DNA of 64,000 nucleotides from Felis catus (lineage: Eukaryota), in the NCBI RefSeq assembly GCF_018350175.1, contig NC_058373.1, positions 115,198,001 through 115,262,000 of the forward strand, given 5' to 3'. The position numbers were made by a program, and so were the translations under genes. Under the pieces are notes generated by a model. That model had not been told where the DNA came from, made no database searches, and saw only the letters and a list, made by a program, of their open reading frames with translations. Positions within the stretch are counted from its first letter, which is position 1, and each line of letters begins with the position of its first letter. Below, in pieces: positions 35,334 to 49,497 of the stretch.

Positions 35334-38065
35334 GGGGAGCCTGGGTGGCTCAGTCGGTGGAACGTCCAACTTCGGCTCAGGTCATGATCTCGCGGTCCGT
35401 GAGTTCGAGCCCCGCATCGGGCTCTGTGCTGACAGCTCAGAGCCTGGAGCCTGCTTCGGATTCTGTGTCTCCCTCTCTCTCTGACCCTCCCCGTTCATGC
35501 TCTGTCTCTCTCTGTCTCAAAAATAAATAAATGTTAAAAAAAAATTTAATAAAATCATAGACTATGAGAAATGTTGCTACTTGGGATCCTTTCCAGAAAA
35601 GGTCCTGAAGGTTCTGAGCAAGGCAGGTCACCAGAACACAAGGCAGCTTTGACCTCCAGCCTAAGTGCAGAGTTTCCAGTGAAGGGTTTCGGGATGCAAC
35701 GTTCCACAGTTAGCTTCACTTTTTTTTAATTTTTTTTTTTTTACATTTATTTATTTTTGAGAGACAGAGCACAAGTGGGGGAGGAGCAGAGAGAGAGGGA
35801 GACACAGAATCTGAAACAGGCTCCAGGCTCTGAGCTGTCAGCACAGAGCCCGGCACGGGGCTCGAACTCAGAAACCGTGAGATCATGACGTGAGCCGAAG
35901 TCAGGCACTTTACCGACTGAGCCACCCAGGTGCCCCTAGCTTCATTTTATAGCGAGGAAACAAAGTTCTGAATTCACTCCCTAGCCCCGAGGGTCATCAG
36001 ACTTCAAGTTTCTAACAGAGCCTAAACCAATGCTCCGAAGGCCCGATAACCCCTCTTTTGAATCATTACTACTTTGTTACCAGTAACACTCTTGTTCCTC
36101 CTGCCTCCTCCACAAAGATTCCTGCAAAACTCAGCTACCAAACTGTCCTTACTTCACGATGGCACTCAGTCCAGACCTGCTCCTGCTTACCCTCGTTCGT
36201 TCCCCGAACCATTCAGCATATGCCCCAAACTCTGTGAAAATCCCCTCCTACTTTCTTTGGCGGAGATGCCCGTGGTTTGCCATGGTATATGGGCTTCTTT
36301 AACATATGCCCTTTTGGGGTAAAGGGATGGTCCAGGGGACTTGACCTAATGGGTCCAGCTCTATGAAGTAGGAGCATTTTTATCCCTATATTTAAGGATG
36401 AGTGGCTCATTGGGACGCCCACGTGGCTCAGTCGGCTGAGCGTCCAACTTCGGCTCAGGTCATGATCTCACGGTTCGTGAGTTCCAGCCCCGCGTCGGAC
36501 TCCGTGCTGACAGCTCAGGGCCTGGAGCCTGCTTCGGATTCTGTGTCTCCCTCTCTCTCTGCTCCTCCCCTGCTCACACTCTGTCTCTCTCTCTCTCAAA
36601 AATAAATAAAGATTAAAAAAAATTTTAAAAATAAAAAAAGGATGAGTGGCTCAGTAGGTGAAGCATCCAACTCTTGATCTCAGCTCAGGTCTTGATCTCA
36701 GGATCGTGAGTTCAAGCCCCGACTTGGGCTCCACGCTGGGCATGAAGCCTACTTAAAAAAAAAAAAAAAAACAGTAAAAAGTGAAGATGAAAACCTGAGG
36801 TTCGTCCTGTGTCTGAAACACATGGCTTTTGAATGGTAGAACTGGTTCTAAATCCAGGCTACCTAAAAATAGCAGCCACCATTTACTGAGCGTTTCCACG
36901 TATAAAGCACATGCTCAAGACCTCTGGGACACACAGCGGGGCCTGGAGTCAGGAGTCCGGTATCCCCTTGTTGAGGTCAATAACTCAAGAGAAGGGGTGC
37001 CTGGGTGGCTCAGTCGGTTGAGCGTCCGACGTTGGCTCAGGTCATGATCTCACAGTCTGTGAGTTCAAGCCCCGCGTCGGGCTCTGTGCTGACAGCTCGG
37101 AGCCCTGGAGCCTGCTTCAGATTCTGTGTCTCCCTCTCTCTCTGCCCCTCCTCCGTTCACACTCTCTGTCTCAAAAATAAATAAAAACATTAAAAAAAAT
37201 AATAACTCGGGGCGCCTGGGTGGCGCAGTCGGTTAAGCGTCCGACTTCAGCCAGGTCACGATCTCGCGGTCCGTGAGTTCCAGCCCCGCGTCAGGCTCTG
37301 GGCTGATGGCTCAGAGCCTGGAGCCTGCTTCAGATTCTGTGTCTCCCTCTCTCTCTGCCCCTCCCCCGTTCATGCTCTGTCTCTCTCTGTCCCAAAAATA
37401 AATAAACGTTGAAAAAAAAAATTAAAAAAAAAAAAAATCTCAAGAGAAGAACTCCATTGAGCAGCTGTATCAGTCATGGCCTCTGGGGTAGGAGAGAATT
37501 TGGCCAACAGACAGGTTGCCGCAAAGGTGGCTGGAGAAGGATTGGCCGCCTGTGACTAGAGTAGGTGTGGACTGCTTGGGGGAGTGATCTGGAAACCAAA
37601 GCGTGCACAAGAATCACCTGCAGCAGTTGTGAAAATGCAGATTTCCAAACACCTCCCTCTCGTTAAATCCACTTTCCAGACGCATTAGTTACAAGCACGT
37701 CAAAGTTTCTCTTTAAACTTGCTGCAAGGGAGGAGGCTTTCTAAAAGAAAAAAAAAGAAAAGAAAAACCTAATTCAAAGACTTCTTTCTTGGTGGAGACA
37801 TTTTAAAAGCAAATCTTAAGAGTATTTAAATCTCTGCTCTCCTGGGGCACCTGGGTGGCTCAGCGGGTTAAGTGTCTGGCTTCAGCTGAGGTCATGCTCT
37901 CGTGAGTCATACGGCTCATGAGTTCAAGCCCCACATGGGGCTCTGTGCTGACAGCTCAGAGCCTGGAGCCTGCTTTGGATTCTGTGTCTCCTTCTCTCTC
38001 TGCCCCTCCCCTGCTTGCCCTCTGTCTCCCCAAGATAAGTAAAATGCTGAAGTTAATTTTTTTTA
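35334..38065. mobile_element. Dense SINE cluster (about seven copies)
   Basis: Copies at ~35334+, 35720-35936-, 36412+, 36645+, 36994+, 37209+ and 37844+. Confidence 0.85.
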
Positions 38066-38074
38066 ATTAAATCT

Positions 38075-38985
38075 CTGCTGTCCAATGTGAGAGTCACAGC
38101 CACACGTGATTATTGAGCACTTGAAATGTGACCAGTCTGATAGCGACATGCTGTAACTATAAAACACATGCCAGCTTTTGAGGAGGTAAATATGTAAAAT
38201 ATCACATTAATAATTTTTATATTGATTGCATATTGAAATGATAATATTTTGCATTTCTTGAGCTAAACTGTGTTAGGAAAATTAATTTCACTTCTTTTAT
38301 TTTAGTTTGCTTTATTTGAATTAATTAATTTTTTAATTTACATTAGTTAGCATATAGTGTAATAATGATTTCAGGAGTAGATTCCAATGTTCATCCCCTA
38401 TGTATAACACCCAATGCTCATCCCAACAAGTGTCTTCCTTAATGCCTCTTGCTCATTTAGCCCTTCCCCCAACCCTCAACCCCCAACCCCTCCAGCAACC
38501 CTCAGTTTGTTCTCTGTATTAAAGAGTCTCTTATGTTTTGTCCCCCTCCTTGTTTTTATATTATTTTTGCTTCCCTTCCCTATGTTCATCTGTTTTGTAT
38601 CTTGAATTCCTCATATGAGTGAAGTCATATGATATTTGTCTTTCTCTGACTAATTTCACTTAGCATAATACCCTCCAGTTCCATCCACATAGTGGCAAAT
38701 GGCAAGATTTCATTCTTTTTGATTGCTGAGTAATATTCCATGGTATGTATTTACCACATCTTCTTTATCCATTCATCCATCGATGGGCATTTGGGCTCTT
38801 GCCATACTTTGGCTATTGTTGATAGTGCTGCTATAAACGTTGGGGTGCATGTGTCCCTTCAAAACAGCACCCCTGTATCCCATGGATAAATACCTAGTAG
38901 TGCAATTGCTGGGTTGTAGGGACTTTTATTTTACTTTTTAAAAGCATTGGCCACTGGCATTATATTTCTGTCAGACAGTGCTGGG
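38075..38985. mobile_element. MER3/MER33-like hAT MITE interrupted by an L1 3' end
   Basis: ctgctgtccaat...ttgagcacttgaaatgtg left part; right terminus tcagacagtgctg near 38983. Confidence 0.6.
38325..38921 (-). mobile_element. Carnivore L1 3' end, 5'-truncated
   Basis: Antisense L1 3' sequence (ccctcagtttgttctc, ttcacttagcataataccctccagttccatccac, ggataaatacctagtagtgcaattgctggg). Confidence 0.85.
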
Positions 38986-40238
38986 TTAGATGGTCATTGT
39001 TAGACTGTGGACAGCAAGAGGTTTGAAGAGTGTCTGGTTGAAGGTTATTAGAACCTCCCAGCACTGGTTAAATCTCTGTAGGCTTCTCCCAAGACTGTTG
39101 TAGGCTAGGTGAAGTTCTCAGAAAAGGTTCTTAAGCCAGTTAAAGTCCGTCAGACAATTGCTCAGTGTTTTCTCAGGAATGCCAAGTATTTCTGGGAGGA
39201 AACAGCTGTTCGTACCAGACCACACCATGCCATGCCAGCTTGGGTTGGGAACAGTTTCTTTCTCAGCCCCAGAAAACATGATTCCATGGGTCTGAGGAGG
39301 ACCCAGAAATCGCATTGTTAACCAGACCCTTCGATGAGTCTAATTCTGAGGTTCAGAGCTGTTGACTCTGAAGGCGATTATATAGGCTTGGCAACCCCAT
39401 AAGAGGGAGGGGGAAATGGCCTTTTAGAGAAGCCACCTGCGTCACAGAATGCCACCCAATGGGGAAGCAGGGGACAAGATTCAGCACGAGGCCAGGCTCC
39501 AGTCTCTCCCTGAGGTGAGGTCACTCCCACTACACTTAACTCTTTTGGATCTACCTCCCCACGTGCCTGTGTTGAGTGTTGCGGGGCTCCCGCCTGTGGC
39601 CTTCCAATCTCACTGTGCACTTTGCTTTTAAAAGGAACTTTGAAAAATGATGGACTTGTCCCTGCATTTTTAAGTTGACAGCGGAAACTTTTCATCATCA
39701 GTTGACATCATCAGTTGACATAGTTACAGAGGGTAGAATTTCTAGTGCATTTTCAGTATTGACATTCCAAAACAAAACGATTACATCACTCTTAAATAGA
39801 TCCATTGAGGTCTGCATACCATTGCAATTTGCTACCCATCCTGATCATTTTATTTTGTTTTAAAGTTTTATTTACTTAAGTAATTTCTACACCCTGAGAT
39901 CAAGAGTTGCAGGCTCCACTGGCTGAGCCAGTCAGGCAGCCCTCCCATCCTGATCATTTAAAACATGGAAAGCAGCTCTTCTAAGACAGAAATTTGTATC
40001 ATTCCTTTCCTTTTTAAAAAAAATTTTTAATGTTTTGTTTTATTTTTGAGAGAGAGACAGAGAGACAGAGACAGAGTGCAAGCAGGGGAGGGGCAGAGAG
40101 AGAGGGAGACACAGAATCCAAAGCAGGCTCCAGGCTCTGAGCTGTCAGCACAGAGTCCAATGCAGGTCCTGAACCCACAAACTGTGAGATCATGACCTGA
40201 GCCGAAGTCGGAGGCTTAACCCACTGAGCCACCCAGCC

Positions 40239-40600
40239 TGTAGAGGCTTTTAGTGATGGAAATTTGAACAAGGCAGAAGGGCCCACGGTAACCACCAGCC
40301 ACCAAGTTGATGCAGCCAGATTCATTAAGCCCTAGGCCCTCACCCATCAGTGGGCTACTTACAACCGGGCACAGTTCTTAAGATTATCAAAAAAAGGGGA
40401 AAATTCCATACATCCCATATTCCCTCACTCTACCCTATTGCTATAGTCCCTCACCACCACCTCCTGGCAGACAGAATCTCTGTGGTTGTCCTGCCCACTA
40501 CTCTGTTGCAATGTATTCAATAAACTTCTATCTCTTTTGTTCTGCCTTGGGTGAATTCTTCCATCTCCCGCATCACCAGCTCCCACCACAATAAATATAT
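40239..40600 (+). mobile_element. Probable ERV solo LTR (carnivore LTR)
   Basis: Begins TGT; has caataaacttct...gggtgaattctt U5-like segment. Exact 3' end uncertain. Confidence 0.45.
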
Positions 40601-40941
40601 TACGATTTCTGACAGTTATTCCATTTCAAAACTAATTTTACTGGAAAGACATCTTTTAATGAGGTGGGTCAGGCTGCTTTTCCCATATAACCTTGGATGA
40701 ATAATAGTCATTGCAAGAAAGAGACATTTATATGTGTAAGTGCTAAGAATTTTGCTTATACAGATGGGAATGGATGGAGTTTTGTTAAAGTAATGTCACC
40801 CAATTTGTAAAATTCCTTATGAGTTAATATGTCAAAAATGATTTTATGACTGATTAAAATTATACTTAGTAAGTTGTTGGCTGGCAACTTGGTTATAACC
40901 TCCTCCAATTCAGTTAAAAGCAAAGGATTGGCAAGGAGAGC

Positions 40942-41298
40942 TGTTGTGGATTGAATGTCTGTATCTGCCCCTGCCCCCCACTCCTTCGGATGCAGAGATC
41001 CTAACCCCCAATGAGATGGTGTTTGGAGGTCGAACGTCTAGGAGATGATCAGGTAATGGGATTAGTGCCTCTATTAAGGAGACCCTGGACAGTGCCCTCA
41101 CGACTTCCTCCAAGTGAGGACGCAGCAAGAAGATGGCTGGCTCATCTGTGAACCAGGAAGTGGGCTCTCGTCTGACAAGGAATCTCTTGGTGCCTCGATC
41201 TTAGACTTGGTCTCCAGAACTGCGAGAAATAAATTTTATTGTTTATGAGCCGCTCAGTTTATGGTATTCTGTTCTCGCAGCTCAGACTGGCTAAGACA
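40942..41298 (+). mobile_element. MLT1A-like solo LTR
   Basis: tgttgtggattgaatgt...gagatcctaacccccaatg...tctccagaactgcgagaaataaat...gctaagaca. Confidence 0.8.
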
Positions 41299-43471
41299 AG
41301 CATCTAGAATTACAGGTGGGTCCCTTAAACAGAATCTAATGCCCAGCTATCCCTTGGAAAGTCTTGGTGTGTTCCCAAGGGCTCACATACTCCAGGTGGT
41401 CCTGCACAGGCAGGCGGGGCAAGCGGCTGATGCAGCTTCAAACTCTAAGTAAAGATAACCTTGGGCTGCCTGGGTGGCTCGGTTGGTTGGGCATCTGACT
41501 CTTGCTTTCGGCTCAGGTCGTGTTCTTATGGTTCGTGGGATGGAGCCCTGTGTGGGGTGGTGTGCTAACAGCACGGAGCCTGCTTGGGATTCTCTCTCTC
41601 CCTCTCTCTCTTTCCCTCCTGTGTGTGCTCTCTCTTTCTCTCTCCCTCAAAAATAAGTAAATAGACTTTAAAAAATTAAAAAAAAAAAGATAACCTTGAC
41701 CGTTGGACTCTCGGGGTGCTCTTCAGGACCCATCACACCCAGGGCTGCCTTCCCTTGGCCTCGCCTTCCCTCTTGTGTGATAGATTGCTTTCTGAAACAT
41801 TTCTAGGTGTGTCCCTAAGTTTTCGTTGGGGAGGTATCCAGTATGCACTTTTTGTCACGGCAGAGTCAGTTCGAGCTCTTTGAGAGAATTGGCGTGGGTC
41901 CCTCCACACTTGCCGGTTGTGTGACCCCCTTGGATGTTACTTTCTTAAAGTCTCAGTGTCGGTCACCTCTGATGAAAACTTGGTTTGTTTTCAGGTTTAC
42001 GTGATTGAATGCACACGAGGTCTGGGCAGCACGATGTCAGGAACAGTAAACGCTCAGTAACTGTAAGCTGTTATTATTATTATTGGCATTGCCCTAAATT
42101 CAGCCTCTTTTAAACCTTCCTGGGACAGGTGATACTCGTAAAATGCTCGGAGACTCGAAAGATAAATGACCGCACAGAACCTCAGGCCTTGTTGCTAGTG
42201 TCATATTACTGTGTTCCTCATTAGCCCCATTTTCCTAGAGGAGGTTGGGTTGGGGAGGCAGTGCGCTGAGTGAGGGCTGTGGGGAGTCAGTGCCCGAGCC
42301 GCAGAACAGGACAACAGACTCAATGGGACAGTCCCTCAGCCAGAGCTCTGTTTCCCTCTCAGCCTCTGTTTTCTTTCCTTTATTTAAAAAAAATTTTTTT
42401 TTAATGTTTGTTTATTTCTGAGAGAGAGAGAGACAGAGACGGAGCACGAGTGCAGGAGAGGCAGAGAGAGAGGGAGACACAGAATCCGAAGGAGGCTCCA
42501 GGCTCCGAGCTGTCAGCACAGAGCCCGACGCGGGGCTCGAACTCGTGAACTGTGAGACCGTGACCTGAGCCAAAGTTGGACACTTAACTGACTGAGCCAC
42601 CCAGGCACCCCTCAGCCTCTGTTTTCTAAGACATGTGGCCCCACTCTGCTGTCCTCTCCATTCCATACTGAAATTGACCTTGATCCAGTGGAAAGAGCAA
42701 ATGGGCTTTGAGTTTAGACAAACTTGGGTTTGAATCTTCGCACTGCCGCTAATAGTTATTGAACCTGGGAAACAGGGCTCTTGGAACGTATTTCCTCTTC
42801 CCTAAAATGGCGTTAACAATACCCACATTAGGTATTGAGAAAGCCAAATGAGCTAAGTCTCCAAAAATCCTTGCATGGTACTTGGCACATAGCAGGCCTC
42901 CGACAATTCCTGAATGTCACCAGGTACAGTAGGTAATTACTAGGGTATCTTCCTACAGCAGACATAGTGAAAAAAGTACGCATGACTCAGGCAAATAAGG
43001 TGGTTTCACACGTCTTTGGCAAAGCAGAGCCTGGTGTAGGAAGACAGATAAGCCAGTTGGGCCTGCTCTGGTAGAAGGGTGGTGGGTGGTTGTAAGTTGG
43101 ATCTAAGGCAGACTGGGCCATTTTGAAGTTGAGCGGCTCATTTGTCCAACACGTAGGCGGCCAGCCTCGTTCACCATGACCCTGTTTGCACTTCGTCCGC
43201 ACCTAAGAGGCGGGCTCTCTGATAGCTCTGCTTGTACCATGTGACCTTATCTCCTCTGCCAGGATGAGAATAGACACCATGCCCAAACCGGACTAATCAG
43301 ATTTCCCTCTTCCTGGAACTTGGAATTGGGACTAAGAGATTCTGCCCTCGTCCTGAGATCTGCTTTTGGATGGAGAAGATATAAAAACTGGGGGACATGG
43401 TGTGGCCAGCTTCTGCCATATGGATCGTGAGGCAGGGAAAGCCAGGCGGCAGGGAGAGAGGAAATGAAATC

Positions 43472-43476
<5 letters not shown>

Positions 43477-43512
<36 letters not shown>
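43477..43512. repeat. (GA)n microsatellite
   Basis: Directly visible; lies in an LTR16/LTR33-like remnant (~43200-43650). Confidence 0.9.
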
Positions 43513-43519
<7 letters not shown>

Positions 43520-46500
43520 GAGAAAGTCTGTATTTCTGGGTTCTTGACAGTTCCCACTTCCTGTTTCCAGATGCCTTCCTAGACCCGGACACATCCTGGC
43601 CCCGGGATTTCGTTCGACGCTTCTGAGTACTTAATGATAAACACACCTCTCGTTGCTTGCACCGGAAGATGTGTGTTAGGCTATTTTGTGCTCAAGTTAC
43701 AGAAGCCAGTTCCAGCATAAAGAGGAAATCAGTGGAAAGTGATGGGGATCTCATGAGATCCAGGAGGTTGGAACAAGTTCATTTAAGGAGGAGCCAGCAC
43801 CAAAGCCTTTCTGAGTGCTTTGGCCGCAGACTGGGAAGCCAGCTTCCTTCGGGCGTGCTGCCAGTAAGATGCCTCAGCGTTGGGTCTCTCAGTTCCAAAC
43901 TCAAAGTTCCTAAGGTAGAGAGAACCTCGTTGAGCCACGATGAGCCAGTTGCTAATGGCTACGGGATGGCTTCAGGCAGCAGCAACATATCTGCCCAGAG
44001 AGCCTGATCAGGAGGACAGGACATAACGCTCCTCAAGAACAAGGTGGTGTTCCCTGTGGGCTGGTTTGTGTGGCTGCCTACTGTATATGGGGGACTGTCT
44101 TCGTGCTGAGAGGGATACAAGATTTATAAAACAGGGTCTCTAACATCAAAGAATTTATAATCTAGCTGCTAACAATCCTGTTCCAGGGCAGCCTGTGACA
44201 ACTGCTAGAAGAGACGGAGAGCATGGACGGCCACGGGAATTTAGAGAAAGGCAAGATGCCTTGGAAGTGTGGGGACGACAGCCCAGATTCCAGGCTAGGT
44301 CAAGGTTGGCCAATGGCTTACTGAACAAAACACTAAAAATGCACTTGACATGCCTTATAATCATAACCAGAAGAAGCATGTATTTAAAATCAAATGTGAG
44401 GGGCTCCTGGGTGACTCAGTTGGTTAAGCGTCCCACTCTCGATTTCGGCTCAGGTCACGATATCATGGTCTTGAGATTGAGCCCCGAGTCAGGCCTCTCT
44501 CTCTCAAAATAAATCAATTAACAGCTTAAAAAAATGTTCAGTGCAATAGAGTAAGAACGTGTTCTTTGGTGGACGAATCCAGAGTGCGTGAGGCACATTG
44601 ACATTTGCAAATGCACCCAGTGAAGAGAAAATACACACTGCACCAGGGTCCTGCCAGAATTGCCAGGCAAGTCGATCATATCCCTGAAACCCAGCCCTGA
44701 TTGTAAGCCTCTGGTCAGCCCGTTTCCCCTGAACTCTCGTCCCCATAGTGTTCTTGCTTGGAATCTCCAGGGCTCACTGGTCACTGGAAGCCTCCTTCCA
44801 AGGCAAATACATTTTTTTTAAATTTATTTTTATTGCTATATAATTGACATTTAACATTATATTAGCGTCAAATGTACAACATAATGATTTAATATATGTA
44901 TATATTGCTAAATGATCACAACTCTGCTCATCACATATAGTTAGAAATTTTTCTCCTTGTGATGAGAACTTTTAAAATCTGCTCTCCTAGCAGCTTTCGA
45001 GTACGCGATATCGTGTTATTAACTGTAGTCACCATGCTGTACGTGACATCCGCAGGACTGATGTATGTTACGGCAAATACATTCCTAATCTGTTCTTAGA
45101 ATACATCTTGGCCTCAACAAAAACCTGGATGACTTCATCAATTTCCGTGTCATGTCTGTGGGGGTCCCTGTCAACTTAAAACCTTACATCTACTCAGTGT
45201 TCACTGGATAAAGTCTGAGCTCGTTAACATGGTAGCTAGCCTACCATAATCCCGTCTATCTCCATCCACCTTCAGCCTCTTCTGTCCATGCTTCCACTTA
45301 AAAAAAAAATTTAATGTTTATTTACTTTTTGAGACAGAGAGAGAGAGAAGAGAGAGAGTGGGGGAGGGGCAGAGAGAGGGGGAGACACAGAATCTGAAGC
45401 AGGCTCCAGGCTCCGAGCTGTCAGCACAGAGCCCAATGCAGGGCTCAAACCCACGAACTGTGAGATCATGACCTGAGCCGAAGTCGGACACTTAACCGAC
45501 TGAGCCACCCAGGTGCCCCACCATGCTTCTGCTTTGAGGAACCCTCAACTATTTCTACCATATGCCCTACTGTTCTGAAGAGGGTCCTTGGCTGGGAGCA
45601 CATGAGCCTTCATCAGGAATTAGGGTGGTAAAAAACATGAGAGAACTAGGGTCAGCCTCACCAAGATAGCCTGGAAGCCCCAGACCTACCAGAAGCTGCA
45701 CTAGTTCTCCTGTGCTAACCCTGGAGATGCTGGGCTTCTGGTTTTCCATCAGGCCCCCAGTCTCTGCAGCTCTGGGTTCCTCGCAGTGTCTCACCGCGGA
45801 TTCAACCAGATCTCTACGGAAGCTCATTACACACTACACCCAAGCCATGGGCATTGAATTCAACTTAAATACTCAGTACCCAAGCTCCTAAAATAGGAGA
45901 TTGTTTACTTGAGGTACAATGATCAGGAAGAAACACACGGTAGAGCTTCTCATTCCCCTCTACAGCTCTGTAGCCGAAGCATCCATTTCTTCTGGCTAAA
46001 CTTGGCCACTAGTAGGCACGCTGACTTGTCAAAGAGGCAGATGTCAATTGCGCAGCACTGGATCGGCCCCCTGTGTCTCGACCCTAATTGTCGCATTAGA
46101 GAAGGCATAATTTCCAGTATTGGGGCTGATCTTGCGGGGGTTGGGGTGTGTCCCTCTCTGGGGGATCTCTCCTGTGTGCCCTGCCACAATGGCTCTGTTA
46201 TAAATGGGTATGGAGAGTTAATATTTTGAGGCTTCCCCCTTGATGTTAAAGATGGAAAGAGCTTGGCGATTGGTTGGTCCCAGTTCCTGACAGCGTGGAG
46301 GACAGAGTGGGTATAGGAGTCAACAAACATTGGTGGGCTCCTGTCCAGTTCTCTGGTTTTCATAAACCCCTTGAATGGTTTGGTCTTTGGGACGTTGCAA
46401 TCTTTTATCTTCTACCTACAGAGGATTTGGGGACATGAGAAAGAAACGTCCATGTTCTTCAACTCAGTCTTGTTGGTTCTCTCTGTTAGAGCAGCCTAAC

Positions 46501-47577
46501 CTCCTCTACGATTTTTGTCCTTTCTGAATGAGGAGACATTGCTTACTGTATGACTTACTACTGCTGAAATGTGCTGAATGGACCAGGCTCTGGATGGAAG
46601 ACATTACACACGCTGCCTCACTGAATCCTCATGACAACCCTATGAATTAAGTACTATTACTGACCTATTTCGGACACAAGGAAACTGCGGCTTAGAAAGG
46701 TCCAGCAGCATGCTGAAAGTCATAGAGTCACTCAGCAAAAATTGTTGGATGCGCCAGGCCGTAATTCAGCTCTGGAGCTGCCAGGGTAGGCGTTGGGACC
46801 GAAATTCCAGCACACACGATTGCGGCTCCTGTAGGCTTAGCTGATTGGCTCAGGGCTTCGCCCGCATGTTTGGCCTGTGGGTGTCCCGTGTGACACAGCC
46901 TAGATGCTTCGGTCCTTACTTGCAAGGGCTGCAACCATTGGCACGTTCGAGCTCACACATTTGTAAGACAGAGACCAAAATGCAGCCAGGGTGACTTACC
47001 CGTGATGTGAAATATTCTCTCCTGATTTAATAATGCTATGAGGTTATAGATTTCCCCTTTGGGTAAACTTTGGAAAGGAAATCCTTTGGAACCACAGAGT
47101 TGGAAGAGGCGTGCTGGGTTCGGTTCAGGGTTCCACCGCTTCCAGCTGTGTGACTTTCAGCTTTGGGTTCCACATATTTTTTTTTTAAACGAGGGTGTGA
47201 ATTGATTTCAGAGAGTTGCATGAGGACGGAATTGGCTGCTTAATCCGAAGTCCTGAGTGCTATGCTTGGCGCACAGTGACGGGAGGGTGAACACAGCCTT
47301 CGTTGCGGAGGATGAGAGTTGCTAACAGGCCACTGGGTTTTGCAATCGGGTGAATGGTGAATGTCTCGAGGGCAGTTTTGGGGGTGGTAGGGAGGGGAAT
47401 GGGGCGGGCGGGGGGAGTCTGACTGCAGGTGAGTGAGAGCTTGAGAAAGTGGCACCTCGTGTATAAAGACTACCTGCTCTGTAAAGAAACATGTTGGCTT
47501 AGGAAAGGTGAGATGGGGCAGGTTGACAAGTGACAGAGGTTCAGAGGAGGGTTTCTTGAAAAACAGTTTTAAGGGGA

Positions 47578-48545
47578 GGGATGCCTGGGTGGCTCAGTCA
47601 GTTGAGTGTCCGACTTCGGCTCAGGTCATGGTCTCGGGGTTCGTGAGTTCGAGCCCCTGCGTCCGGCTCTGTGCTGACAGCTCAGAGCCTGGAGCCTGCT
47701 TCGGATTCTGGGTCTCCCTCTCTCTCTCTGCCCCTCCCCCGCTCACAGTCTCTCTCTGTGTCTCTCAAAAACTGAATAAAAACATTAAAAAACTAAAAAA
47801 AAAACTTTTAATGGGAGAAACAAAGTAGGTTTGACAGGGATCAAAGAGGTAGTGGACAGGGTGAGATTTAAGATAGAAAAAAGGGGCGCCTGGCCGGCTC
47901 AGTCGGCTAAGCATCCGACTATTGGTTTTGGCTCAGTTCATGATATCATGGCTTTGTGGGTTCGAGCCCTGCGTCAGGCTCTGTGCTGGCAGGGCAGCAC
48001 TCTGTCTCCCTCTCTAGCTGCCCCTCCCCCATTCATGCCGTCTCTGTCTCTCTCAAAATAAATAAATAAACTTAAAAATTAAAAAAAAAAAAGATGGTGC
48101 ACCTGGGTGGCTCAGTTGGTTAAGCATCTGACTTCGGCTCAGGTCATGATCTCATGGTTCATGAATTCAAGCCCCATGTCGGGCTCTGTGCTGTCAGCTC
48201 AGAGCCTGGAACCTGCTTCAGATTCTGTGTCTCCCTCTGTCTCTGCCTCTCCTCTGCTCATGCTCTCTCTCTGTCTCAAAAAAGTAAAACGTTGGGGCAC
48301 CTGGGTGGCGCAGTCGGTTAAGCGTCCGACTTCAGCCAGGTCACGATCTCGCGGTCCGTGAGTTCGAGCCCCGCGTGAGGCTCTGGGCTGATGGCTCAGA
48401 GCCTGGAGCCTGTTTCCAATTCTGTGTCTCCCTCTCTCTCTGACCCTCCCCCGTTCATGCTCTGTCTCTCTCTGTCCCCCCCAAAAAAAAAATGTAAAAC
48501 GTTAAAAAAAATTTTTTTAATTAAAAAAAAAAGAGAAAAAAAAGA
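47578..48545 (+). mobile_element. Four SINEs in the same orientation
   Basis: Heads at ~47578, 47883, 48096 and 48295; the last is nested in the tail of the third. Confidence 0.85.
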
Positions 48546-48907
48546 AAAATACTTAATGGAACAAGGGGTGTAATCTGGTGCACAAAGAACCAAAGGCTTG
48601 GGCAGAAATCAAACCCGTTGTTTCTCTGAGACAGAGAGAAGGGGAAGATGGGCAAAGATACAGGTGATCTAAAGATGGGGAAGGATGGAAACAGTGGCCG
48701 CTTGATAAATCAATTCTTTTTTCTTTATTCGTAGATAATTGAAGATAACGTCTATTTTCTGTGTGACGTAGGGGTCGTTATGGTAGCCCGCCTTCGATGA
48801 CCCCACCATCCCTCCTCCTGGTCCTCAGTCTGTGCAGCTGCCTCCCATACTGTCCACACTGTACCAGGGATGTGCTGTGTGACCAACAGCATAGAGCAGA
48901 AGCTATG

Positions 48908-49462
48908 TGTTAGGGGTTGAACTGTGTCCCGCAGTAAGGTGTGCTGAAGTTCTAAACCCCAGCACCTCAGGATGTGACCTGAGTTGGAAATCGGGTCTTT
49001 CCAGAAGTAATTAAGCTAAAATAGGTCGTTAGGGCAGGCCCTCATCCAATATGATTGCTGGCCTTATAAAAAGGAGACATTTATGGGGCGCCTGGGTGGC
49101 TCAGTCAGCTGAATGTCCAACTCTTGATTTCGGCTCAGGTCTTGATCTCACTGTTCAAGGGATGAGATTGAGCCCCGAATCGAGCTCTGAACTGACAGCA
49201 CAGAGCCTGCTTGGGATTCTCTCTCTCTCCCTCTCCTCTGCTCCTCCCCCTTCTCTCTCTTTCTCAAAGTAAATAAACTTTTTTTTTAAGGGGGGGGGAC
49301 GTGGGGCACCTGGGTCGCTCAATTGGCTAAGTATCTGACTTTGCTCGGGTCATGATCTCGCTGTTTGTGAGTTCGAGCCCCGCGTCGGGCTCTGTGCTGA
49401 TGCTTGGAGCCTGGAGCCTGCTTCGGATTCTGTGTCCCCCTCTCTGCCCCTCACCCGCTCAA

Positions 49463-49497
<35 letters not shown>

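Noticed and set aside
45950..46363. 137-aa minus-strand ATG ORF in non-repeat DNA, and a CTCF-like TGGCCACTAGTAGGCAC at 46003
   Set aside because: No recognisable homology or exon signals; the motif has two mismatches in the core.
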